NCBI GenBank assembly: GCA_963729875.1
Contig: CAVSPR010000002.1
Location: forward strand, 287,082-351,081
Source: an uncultured Acidobacteriota bacterium
GTDB lineage: Bacteria > Acidobacteriota > Vicinamibacteria > Fen-336
Length of the DNA: 64,000 nt
Direction: 5' to 3'
Below the pieces are notes generated by a model that saw only the letters and a program-made list of their open reading frames with translations, ran no database searches and had not been told where the DNA came from. Shown in pieces: positions 8,372-15,993 of this stretch (positions are counted from its first letter, which is position 1; each line of letters starts with the position of its first letter). Made by a program: the position numbers and the translations under genes.

Positions 8372-10719
8372 TGAGTTTCCCGATCCACGCCGAGGAGCCC
8401 GCCCGGCGCCGCGCCGTCGCCGACCTCGCGGCCTCCGGCCGTCCCGAGGCGATCGCCCCGCTCCTCGTCGCGGTGGGGGACGAGAGCTGGTCGGTGCGGC
8501 AGGCGGCGGTGGAAGCCCTCGCCGCCTTCCCCCCCGCGGCCCTTCTCCCCGCCCTCGAGGCCGCCCTGCGCGACGGCGACGACGCCGGCTCGCGCAACGC
8601 GGCGATGGAGATCTACGTCCGGCTCGGCTCCTCCGCCAAAGCGCCGCTGCTCGCCCTGCTGCGCGACCCCGACGAGGAGGTCCGACTCTTCGCCGCGGTG
8701 ATGCTCGGCTCGCTGGGGGAGACGGGCGCGGTCCACGCGCTCACCTCCGCCCTCGACGACCCCGACATGAACGTGCGCCACGCCGCGGCGGCCAGCCTGG
8801 GCCAGATCCGCTCCCCCGAGGCCGTCCCCCGCCTCGTCGAGGCGCTTCACGCCGAGCCCTGGCTCCAGTACCCCGCCCTCCACGCCCTCGGCGAGATCGG
8901 CGACCCGCGGGCCGCCCCGGCGCTGCTCGAGCTGCTCGGGGATCCCATGCTGCGCGCGCCCGCCCTCGAGGCCCTCGGGCGGCTGGCCGGCCGCGACGCC
9001 CTCGCGCGGATCGCCCCGCACCTCCTGGACGGCGACCCCGCGATGCGCAACGCGGCGATCCGGGCGGTGGTGGAGATCGAGCAGAGGGCGACCGCATCCG
9101 GGGATAGCCTGGACCCCCAGGTGCAGGCCGCGCTCAGGGACGAGGACCTCGTCGCCCACCTCGTCGGCATGCTGGCCGACGAGGACCCCCGCAACCGCCG
9201 GACCGCGGCCGTCACCCTCGGCTGGCTGCGCGAGGCGAGGGCCACCGCACCGCTGCTCGACCTCCTCGGCGACGGCGCGGTGCGCGAGTTCGCGAGCCAC
9301 GCGCTCGTCTCGATCGGCTTCCGGCAGCGTGCCGACTGGGAGCGGGGCCTCGCCCACCCGGACGACGCGGTGCGCCTCGGCGCCGTGCGCTGTCTCGCCT
9401 GGATCGCGCCGCCCGAGGGCACCGCTCTCGTGGCCCCCCTCGTCCACGACCCGTCGGCCGAGGTACGGGCGGAGGCAGCGGCCGCCATCGGCCGCCTCGG
9501 CGACGAGGACGCGCCCATGCTGCTCTTCGAGCTGCTGGGCGACGAGAGCGAGCTCATCCAGGAGAGCGCGATGGACGCGCTGTCGCGGATGAGCCCCGGG
9601 CGGGTCAGGCCGCTCCTCGTACAGGCCCTGACCGGCGCCGACCCCGAGGCCCAGGTCCGCGCCGCGCAGACGCTCGGCCTCCTGCGGGACCCGGAGGCCT
9701 CGCCCGCCCTCGTGGCGGCGGCACGGGACGGGCGCGAGGCGGTCCGGGCCGCGGCCCTCCAGGCCCTCGGGGAGACCGGGGGCCCCGGCGTCCTCGAGGT
9801 CCTGCGCTCCGCGCTGTCCGACACCAGCTCGGTCGTGCGGCAGCAGGCCGTGCTCGCCCTCGGTAGGCTGCGCGATCCGGAGGCGGCCCCCCTGCTGCTG
9901 CCGCTCCTCCGCGAGGAGGACCCCCGCCTCCGCTTCGCGGCGGTCCGGGCTCTCGGCCAGATGCGCAACGCCGAGGCGGTCGAGCACCTGCTGCCGCTCG
10001 TCGGAGAGCCGCGCAAGGAGCTGCGCTTTGCCGCAGTGGAGGCGCTCGGCCAGATCCGCGCGCCCTCCGCCGTGCGCCCGCTGGTGGAGGTGCTGCGCGA
10101 CCCCGACCGGAACCTCCGTCGCGCGGCCGCGGAGGGCCTCGGCGAGATCGGCGATCCGCAGTCGGCGGTGGCCCTCCTGGTCGCGCTCGACGACGAGCAC
10201 TGGAGCGTGCGCTGCGCCGTCGCCGCCGCGCTCGGGCGCATCGGGAGCCGGAAGGCGGTGCCGGCCCTCGCCGCGCGCGTGGAGGACCCGGACGCCACGG
10301 TGCGCCGCGCCGCGGTCTTCGCCCTCGGGGAGATCGGCGACCCCCGGGCGGCCGGGCACCTCGTCGGCACCCTCGCCGATCCCGGGCTGCAGTCGGCCGC
10401 CCTCGAGGCCCTGCGCCGCCTGGGGCCCGGGGCGCTCCCCGAGATGGAGCGTGCTTTCGCGGGCGGCACGCTCGGGGCCGATGAGCGGCGCCTCCTGGTC
10501 GACCTCGCCGGCCGGATCGAGGACCCCTCCGCCCGGCGCCTCCTCCTCGCCGCCCTCGATGACCCGACCCCGGGCGTCCGCGCCGAGGCGGCGGCCGTCC
10601 TCGGGGAAGGGGGCTTCCGGGAGGCCCTCCGACCCCTCCTCGAGATGAAGGAGGGCGACCCCTCTCCCGAGGTCCGCCGGGCCGCCGCCTACGCCCTGCG
10701 GAAGCTGCAGCCCCGGTGA
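8356..10719 (+). CDS. HEAT-repeat (PBS-lyase type) protein, ~25 tandem repeats
   Basis: 787 aa made almost entirely of ~31-aa repeats (D.D..VR..AA.ALG.IGDP.A...L...L). The start is uncertain: TTG 8356 or GTG 8371. The stop overlaps the cheR start (GTGA). Confidence 0.88.
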   Translation: MELLGVSFPIHAEEPARRRAVADLAASGRPEAIAPLLVAVGDESWSVRQAAVEALAAFPPAALLPALEAALRDGDDAGSRNAAMEIYVRLGSSAKAPLLALLRDPDEEVRLFAAVMLGSLGETGAVHALTSALDDPDMNVRHAAAASLGQIRSPEAVPRLVEALHAEPWLQYPALHALGEIGDPRAAPALLELLGDPMLRAPALEALGRLAGRDALARIAPHLLDGDPAMRNAAIRAVVEIEQRATASGDSLDPQVQAALRDEDLVAHLVGMLADEDPRNRRTAAVTLGWLREARATAPLLDLLGDGAVREFASHALVSIGFRQRADWERGLAHPDDAVRLGAVRCLAWIAPPEGTALVAPLVHDPSAEVRAEAAAAIGRLGDEDAPMLLFELLGDESELIQESAMDALSRMSPGRVRPLLVQALTGADPEAQVRAAQTLGLLRDPEASPALVAAARDGREAVRAAALQALGETGGPGVLEVLRSALSDTSSVVRQQAVLALGRLRDPEAAPLLLPLLREEDPRLRFAAVRALGQMRNAEAVEHLLPLVGEPRKELRFAAVEALGQIRAPSAVRPLVEVLRDPDRNLRRAAAEGLGEIGDPQSAVALLVALDDEHWSVRCAVAAALGRIGSRKAVPALAARVEDPDATVRRAAVFALGEIGDPRAAGHLVGTLADPGLQSAALEALRRLGPGALPEMERAFAGGTLGADERRLLVDLAGRIEDPSARRLLLAALDDPTPGVRAEAAAVLGEGGFREALRPLLEMKEGDPSPEVRRAAAYALRKLQPR

Positions 10720-11588
10720 AGTACGCCCACGTCGACCACGACGCCGAGCTCTCCGAGGAGGAGTTCCGCCTTCTCCGCGACTTCGTCCACGAGCGCTTCG
10801 GCCTCTACTTCGACGAGTCGCAGCGCGCCAGCCTGCGCAGCCGCCTCGCCCCGCGCCTCGCTCTGCTCGGCCTCGTCTCCTTCGAGGACTACTACCGCTA
10901 CCTGCGCTTCGCCCCCGAGCGAGCCGACGAGCAGCAGCGCATGGTGAGCCACCTCACCAACAACGAGACCTACTTCTTCCGCGAGCAGCCGCAGCTCAAC
11001 GTCTTCTCCGGCCACGTGCTCAAGGCGATCAAGGACCGCAAGGCGAGGAACGACGAGAAGCGGCTCCACGTCCTCTCCGCCGGCTGCTCGACGGGCGAGG
11101 AGCCGCTCACCCTGGGCATGATCCTCTTCGACAGCGGCCAGTTCTTCTGGGGCTGGGACGTGCGGGTGACCGGCCTCGACGTGGACGGGGCCGCCCTCGA
11201 CAAGGCCCGGCGGGGCGTCTACCACCAGAACTCGCTCCGGGCGGTGCAGCCCACCGTCCTCGAGCGGCACTTCGCGAAGGAGGACGGCGGGGTCCGGGTG
11301 AAGGACGGGCCCCGCAAGGCCGTCTCCTTCCGGGCGGGCAACCTCCTCGACCCCGCGAGCTACCGGGGGCTCGCGCCTCTCGACGTGGTGTTCTGCCGCA
11401 ACGTGCTGATCTACTTCTCGGACGGGGCCGTCCAGCGGGCGGTGGGCCTCTTCCACGAGGCGCTGGCCCCCGGCGGCTACCTCTTCCTCGGCCACGCGGA
11501 GTCGCTCGCGCGCGTGTCGAGCCCCTTCGTCCCGATACGCTTCCAGGGAGCCATCGTGTACCAGAAGCCGGAGGAGAGCCGAGCATGA
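10716..11588 (+). CDS. cheR: chemotaxis protein methyltransferase CheR
   Basis: 290 aa. CheR N-terminal helical domain plus SAM-binding fold (ETYFFRE, VLSAGCSTGEEPLTLGM, VFCRNVLIYF). Confidence 0.93.
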   Translation: MKYAHVDHDAELSEEEFRLLRDFVHERFGLYFDESQRASLRSRLAPRLALLGLVSFEDYYRYLRFAPERADEQQRMVSHLTNNETYFFREQPQLNVFSGHVLKAIKDRKARNDEKRLHVLSAGCSTGEEPLTLGMILFDSGQFFWGWDVRVTGLDVDGAALDKARRGVYHQNSLRAVQPTVLERHFAKEDGGVRVKDGPRKAVSFRAGNLLDPASYRGLAPLDVVFCRNVLIYFSDGAVQRAVGLFHEALAPGGYLFLGHAESLARVSSPFVPIRFQGAIVYQKPEESRA

Positions 11589-12607
11589 GCGGTCGCATCC
11601 GCGTCCTCGTGGTGGACGACTCGGCGTTCGTGCGCAAGGCCATCGAGCGCATGCTGGGCTCGGTGGACGACATCGAGGTCGTGGGCTTCGCCGCCGACGG
11701 CGAGGAGGGCCTCGCGAAGGCCCGCGAGCTGCGCCCCGACGTCGTGACCCTCGACGTCAAGATGCCGCGACTCGGGGGCCTCGAGACCCTCGAGCGGCTC
11801 ATGGCCGAGCAGCCGGTGCCCGTCCTCCTCATGTCCACCCTCACCCAGGAGGGGGCGGAGGTGACGCTGCGCGGGCTCGAGCTCGGGGCCATGGACTTCG
11901 TGGACAAGTCGTCAGTGCAGCCCATGAGCATGCTGAGCCTCGCCGAGGAGCTGGTGGCGAAGGTCCGCGCGCTCGGCCGGGCGCGGGTCCGGGCCCGGCC
12001 GATGCCGGAGCGGGCCCACGCGGCGGAGGCGGCGGCGGCGCCCGCCGAGTGCGTGGTGATCGCGGCCTCGACCGGGGGGCCGACCGCCCTGCAGGCGGTG
12101 GTCGGCGGCCTTACCGCCGGGTTCGGCGCCGCCGTGATCGTGGTCCAGCACATCCCGCGGGGCTTCACGAAGTCGCTCGCGGAGCGGCTCGACGCGCGCA
12201 GCGCGATCCCCGTGCGCGAGGCACGGGACGGAGAGACCGTCGCGCCCGGCGCCGTGCTCGTCGCCCCGGCCGGCATCCACACGAAGCTCGCCCGCCGCCG
12301 GGGCGGCGTCGAGATCGTGTTGGACGAGGAGCCGCGCGACGCCCTGCACCGTCCCTCCGCGGACGTGCTGATGGCCGCGGCGGCCGAGGTCTACGGCCCG
12401 CTGGCGGTGGGGGTCGTGCTGACCGGCATGGGCGCGGACGGGACCGAGGGCCTGCGGGCGATCCGGGAGAAGGGGGGCCTCACGCTGGCGGAGAGCGAGG
12501 AGACCTGCGTGATCTACGGGATGCCGAAAGCCGCGGTCGAGGCGGGCGTCGTCCACCGCGTGGTCCCGCTCGACCGCGTGGCCGGGGAGATCCTGGCCGC
12601 GGTGTAG
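11585..12607 (+). CDS. cheB: protein-glutamate methylesterase/response regulator CheB
   Basis: 340 aa. Receiver domain (RVLVVDDSAFVRK, DVVTLDVKMPRLGG) plus methylesterase domain (IAASTGGPTAL, VVQHIP, GMGADG). ATGA overlap with cheR. Confidence 0.94.
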   Translation: MSGRIRVLVVDDSAFVRKAIERMLGSVDDIEVVGFAADGEEGLAKARELRPDVVTLDVKMPRLGGLETLERLMAEQPVPVLLMSTLTQEGAEVTLRGLELGAMDFVDKSSVQPMSMLSLAEELVAKVRALGRARVRARPMPERAHAAEAAAAPAECVVIAASTGGPTALQAVVGGLTAGFGAAVIVVQHIPRGFTKSLAERLDARSAIPVREARDGETVAPGAVLVAPAGIHTKLARRRGGVEIVLDEEPRDALHRPSADVLMAAAAEVYGPLAVGVVLTGMGADGTEGLRAIREKGGLTLAESEETCVIYGMPKAAVEAGVVHRVVPLDRVAGEILAAV

Positions 12608-12626
12608 AATCCGCGGGGAGCACCGC

Positions 12627-14366
12627 TTGGCCCTTCAAGGCAACCTCGAGGACCTGCCGCTCCTCGACATCGTCCAGATCGTCTCCTTCAGCAAGAAGAC
12701 CGGCTACCTGTCGATCGAGATGGAGGGGGGCGACGGGGCCATCGTCTTCCACGAGGGGCTCGTCGTCTCCGCCTTCACCGCGACCTCGCCTCCGCCGGAC
12801 CCGCGCCTCGGCTCGCTGCCGGCGGAGGCGCGGGAGAAGGCGGTCCGCAGCCGACTCGGCTTCGCCCTCGAGCGGCTGGCCCGGCTGCGGGAGGGCGGGT
12901 TCGCGTTCGAGCTGACCGACGCCGTACCGGCAGAGGTCGGCCACCGGGACATCCGGCTCGAGACGCTGGAGCGGGGGATCAACCCCCTGGAGATGCTCCT
13001 CGACCTCGCCCAGGGCCTGGACGAGGACCGCGCGCACTCGGCGGCGGCGGTCGAAGCGTCCTTCGCCGCGCCGGAGGAGGGCCTCGTCGCCGAGGAGCCC
13101 ATCGTGCCCGCCGAGGCGTTGGCCTCGGACCTGCGGGAGGCCGAGGGCGGGCCGGCGCCCGAGCCGCCGGCCGCGGCCGGGAGCGGGTGGCAGGCGGCGC
13201 CCCCCGAGCGGCCGGGCACGGACACGCGCCCCCTGCCGAGGGTCGAGCTTCCCCCCGCGGCCGCGCAGCGGCCGCCGGGGCCGCCGCCCGGCGGCGAGCC
13301 GGCCGCCGACCGCCTGATCCTGCTCGTGGACGACGAAGAGGACGTGAGGCAGATCCTGGGCCGGCACTTCGCCGCGGCCGGGTTCCGCGTCGTCGAGGCG
13401 GGCGACCCCGAGGAGGCGGCGAAGGCGGCGGGGAAGCTCCGGGCGGAGGACGGCGGCTTCGTGCTCGTCACCGACCTCGGGATGCCGGCCTCCGGCGGGG
13501 CGTCGTTCCACGGCGGCTTCGAGGTCGTCAAGCGGCTGTGGAAGATGAACCTCCGCCCGCCCGTGCTCATGATGACGGAGAGCCTCAACCAGTCGCTCCG
13601 CCTGCGCGCGCGGCAGATGGGCGTGCAGTCGTTCGTCTTCAAGCCCACCCTCAGCAAGCTCAACCCGCGGCAGTTCGAGGCGGACATCTCGGCCTTCGCC
13701 GCGAAGCTCGCGTCGGACGTGCTCCCGCCCCTCGTCGAGGCGGCCGTCCTGAGGCGGTCCGCGGCGCCGAAACGCAAGCCCGCCGCGGCGGGGGCGAAGG
13801 CTCCGGGGGCGGTCGCCGAAGACGCCGCGCGCCCGTTCGAGTTCCTGAGGCGACGGCTCGTGGAGCTGCGGCAGGGGGGCGACTCCAACCAGATCGCCGT
13901 CCTCGTGATGAAGGTGGCCCGCGAGTTCTTCGAGCGGGCGATCCTGTTCGTCGTGAAGAACGACGAGGCCCGGGGCCTCGGCGGCTTCGGCCTCGCGCCC
14001 CGCGAGGAGACGGTCAACCTCCTCGCCCGCCAGGTCACGATCCCGCTCGCGGAGGAGTCGGTCTTCCGCGAGGTGGCCGAGGGGCGCAAGGCGTACGGCG
14101 GCCCGCCGCCCCCGGACCGCTGGATGGGGCACCTGCTCGGCCGGATCGGCCGCTTCCAGTCCCGCGGCATCGTCCTGCTGCCTCTCGTCGCCCACCGGGA
14201 GACGATCGCGCTCCTGTTCGGGGACAACCCGGAGACCGGCCGGGACCCCGCCGGCCTCGAGGCGCTCGAGGTCTTCGTCCAGCAGGCCGGCATCGCCCTG
14301 GAGAACGTCTTCCTGCAGCGGAAGATCCAGTCGATCGAGGAGAAGGACAGGGCGCCGGTGCGGTAG
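12627..14366 (+). CDS. PatA-type response regulator: PATAN (DUF4388) + receiver + C-terminal GAF-like domain
   Basis: 579 aa starting at TTG. N-terminus MALQGNLEDLPLLDIVQIVSFSKKTGYLSI is the DUF4388/PATAN signature. The central part LILLVDDEEDVRQILGRHF...VTDLGMP is a receiver domain. The C-terminal ~170 aa look GAF-like. Confidence 0.85.
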   Translation: MALQGNLEDLPLLDIVQIVSFSKKTGYLSIEMEGGDGAIVFHEGLVVSAFTATSPPPDPRLGSLPAEAREKAVRSRLGFALERLARLREGGFAFELTDAVPAEVGHRDIRLETLERGINPLEMLLDLAQGLDEDRAHSAAAVEASFAAPEEGLVAEEPIVPAEALASDLREAEGGPAPEPPAAAGSGWQAAPPERPGTDTRPLPRVELPPAAAQRPPGPPPGGEPAADRLILLVDDEEDVRQILGRHFAAAGFRVVEAGDPEEAAKAAGKLRAEDGGFVLVTDLGMPASGGASFHGGFEVVKRLWKMNLRPPVLMMTESLNQSLRLRARQMGVQSFVFKPTLSKLNPRQFEADISAFAAKLASDVLPPLVEAAVLRRSAAPKRKPAAAGAKAPGAVAEDAARPFEFLRRRLVELRQGGDSNQIAVLVMKVAREFFERAILFVVKNDEARGLGGFGLAPREETVNLLARQVTIPLAEESVFREVAEGRKAYGGPPPPDRWMGHLLGRIGRFQSRGIVLLPLVAHRETIALLFGDNPETGRDPAGLEALEVFVQQAGIALENVFLQRKIQSIEEKDRAPVR

Positions 14367-14388
14367 AATCCTCCCGAGGTCTTTGCCC

Positions 14389-15198
14389 ATGTCCACTGAC
14401 GAGCTGTCCCGCAAGGGCCAGGACATCCTGCAGATCGTCTCCAAGGCCAAGGAGTTCACCGAGGAGCTCCTCAAGGAGAACGAGCGGCTGCGCTTCAGGA
14501 TCGCCTCGCTCGAGGCGTCGGGCGGGGCCCAGGGCGCCGACGAGCGGGTGCAGGCGCTGCAGAAGCGGGTCCGGGAGCTCGAGGAGAGGCTGGCGGAGAT
14601 CGAGGCGCGCTTCCGCAAGGTCGAGGAGGAGAACAAGGAGTTCGCCGACCGCTACATCGAGATCGAGGAGCAGAACAACAACCTGGCCAACCTGTACGTG
14701 GCCTCCTACCAGCTCCACTCGACGCTCGACTTCAAGGAGGTCGTGCGGATCGTCCAGGAGATCGTCATCAACCTCATCGGTGCCGAGGTCTTCCACGTCC
14801 TCATCGTGAGCGAGAAGACGGGGCAGCTCGAGGTCGAGGCCTCCGAGGGGCAGGCCCCGGGGCGCACCACGATCCCCATCGGCGACGGCGTCATCGGCCA
14901 GGCCGCAAAGAGCGGCGAGAACTTCTTCGCCGACTCGGTGGCGCGGAAGGACCCCTCGCCCTTCGAGGAGCCGATCGCGGTCATCCCCCTCAAGATCAAG
15001 GACTCGACGATCGGGGTCATCTCGATCAACAAGCTCCTCGTCCAGAAGGCGGAGTTCACCTCGATGGACTACGAGCTGTTCACGCTCCTCGCCGGCCACG
15101 CCGCGACCGCCGTCTTCTCCGCCAAGCTCTACTCGGCCTCCGCCCGGAAGCTCTCGACCCTGCAGGGCTTCCTGGACATGCTCAAGCAGCAGAAGTGA
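14389..15198 (+). CDS. coiled-coil + GAF domain protein
   Basis: ORF 14383..15198; ATG at 14389. The N-terminal ~100 aa have heptad-rich coiled-coil character (LEERLAEIEARFRKVEEENKEF). The C-terminal part is a GAF domain (LDFKEVVRIVQEIV...IPIGDGVIGQAAKSGE...IGVISINKL). Confidence 0.85.
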   Translation: MSTDELSRKGQDILQIVSKAKEFTEELLKENERLRFRIASLEASGGAQGADERVQALQKRVRELEERLAEIEARFRKVEEENKEFADRYIEIEEQNNNLANLYVASYQLHSTLDFKEVVRIVQEIVINLIGAEVFHVLIVSEKTGQLEVEASEGQAPGRTTIPIGDGVIGQAAKSGENFFADSVARKDPSPFEEPIAVIPLKIKDSTIGVISINKLLVQKAEFTSMDYELFTLLAGHAATAVFSAKLYSASARKLSTLQGFLDMLKQQK

Positions 15199-15208
15199 CG
15201 GGCTGACC

Positions 15209-15237
15209 TTGACAAAGTAGCCACGAGTAGCTACTTT
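15209..15237 (+). promoter_or_regulatory. putative vapBC promoter (-35 TTGACA, 17 nt, -10 TACTTT) with embedded palindrome; transcript probably leaderless
   Basis: TTGACA at 15209..15214 and TACTTT at 15232..15237. Inverted repeat aaagtagc (15215..15222) / gctacttt (15230..15237). The GTG start at 15244 is only 6 nt after the -10. Confidence 0.45.
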
Positions 15238-15243
15238 CGGGAC

Positions 15244-15534
15244 GTGAGAGCGGTTGGCGTCAAGGTGCTGAAGAACAAGCTCAGCGAGTACGTGCGCCTC
15301 GCGCAGGGCGGGGAGACCGTTCTCGTGACCGACCGGGACCGGGTCGTCGCCGAGCTGGGGCCGCCCCGACCAGGGCGGGCGCCCTCCCTGGGGGACGCGC
15401 TTCTCGCCGAGGCGGTACGCGAGGGATGGATGACCGCCCCGCTGATGGTGGCCGAGGGACCGCCACCGCGGCAGCCCGTGGCGAGCTGGGACGAGCTCGC
15501 TCGCGAGCTCGACGGGGACCGCGGGGACCGGTGA
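15244..15534 (+). CDS. type II antitoxin, Phd/YefM-like (VapB role)
   Basis: 96 aa. MRAVGVKVLKNKLSEYVRLAQGGETVLVTDRDRVVAEL is a typical Phd-type antitoxin N-terminus. 4-nt GTGA overlap with the PIN toxin gene. Confidence 0.85.
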   Translation: MRAVGVKVLKNKLSEYVRLAQGGETVLVTDRDRVVAELGPPRPGRAPSLGDALLAEAVREGWMTAPLMVAEGPPPRQPVASWDELARELDGDRGDR

Positions 15535-15917
15535 TCTACCTCGACACGTCGGTCGCGCTCGCCCACCTGCTCGCCGAGGATCGGCGGCCGCCCGACCGCC
15601 TGTGGGCGCAGCCGCTCGTCTCCAGCCGGCTTCTCGAGTACGAGCTGTGGACCCGGCTCAACGCGCGTCGCCTCGGGGCCTCTCACGGCGAGGCCGCGCG
15701 CCGGCTCGTGGAGAGGCTCGCCATCCTGGAGATGCTGCCGAACGTCCTGGCCCGTGCGGTCGAGCCCTTCCCCGTGCCGGTGCGGACGCTCGACGCGCTG
15801 CACCTCGCGTCGGTCGCGTTCCTGCAGGGGCGCGGTCAGGACGTTCAGCTCGCGAGCTACGACGACAAGCTGCTCGCGGCGGCGCGGTCTCTCGATATCC
15901 CGATCGCGCCGCTCTGA
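15531..15917 (+). CDS. vapC: PIN-domain ribonuclease toxin VapC
   Basis: GTG 15531 in the frame of ORF 15426..15917. VIYLDTSVALAHLL...LEYELWTRL...RTLDALHLASV...LASYDDKL shows the conserved acidic PIN residues (D, E, D, D). Confidence 0.88.
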   Translation: MIYLDTSVALAHLLAEDRRPPDRLWAQPLVSSRLLEYELWTRLNARRLGASHGEAARRLVERLAILEMLPNVLARAVEPFPVPVRTLDALHLASVAFLQGRGQDVQLASYDDKLLAAARSLDIPIAPL

Positions 15918-15966
15918 CCCGTCTCGCGAGAGACCCGGCGCCCTCTCGGCTCCTGCCGGCTCCCCC

Positions 15967-15993
15967 TATAATCGAAGGAGGAGGTTCCTCCTC
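15967..15993 (+). promoter_or_regulatory. perfect TATAAT box followed by an SD embedded in a palindrome, upstream of the AAA ATPase gene
   Basis: TATAAT at 15967..15972. aaGGAGGAGGttCCTCCTC-ATG: the SD and its exact complement form a potential RBS-sequestering hairpin immediately before ATG 15994. No good -35 seen. Confidence 0.35.

Noticed and set aside
6076-10359. 1427-aa minus-strand ORF, the longest in the track
   Set aside because: It is exactly antisense to the MCP and HEAT-repeat genes, whose products carry unmistakable family motifs. Its own product is low-complexity (Arg/Gly/Ala/Asp/Leu-rich) with no recognisable domain. This is the typical stop-codon-poor shadow frame of a very GC-rich genome.
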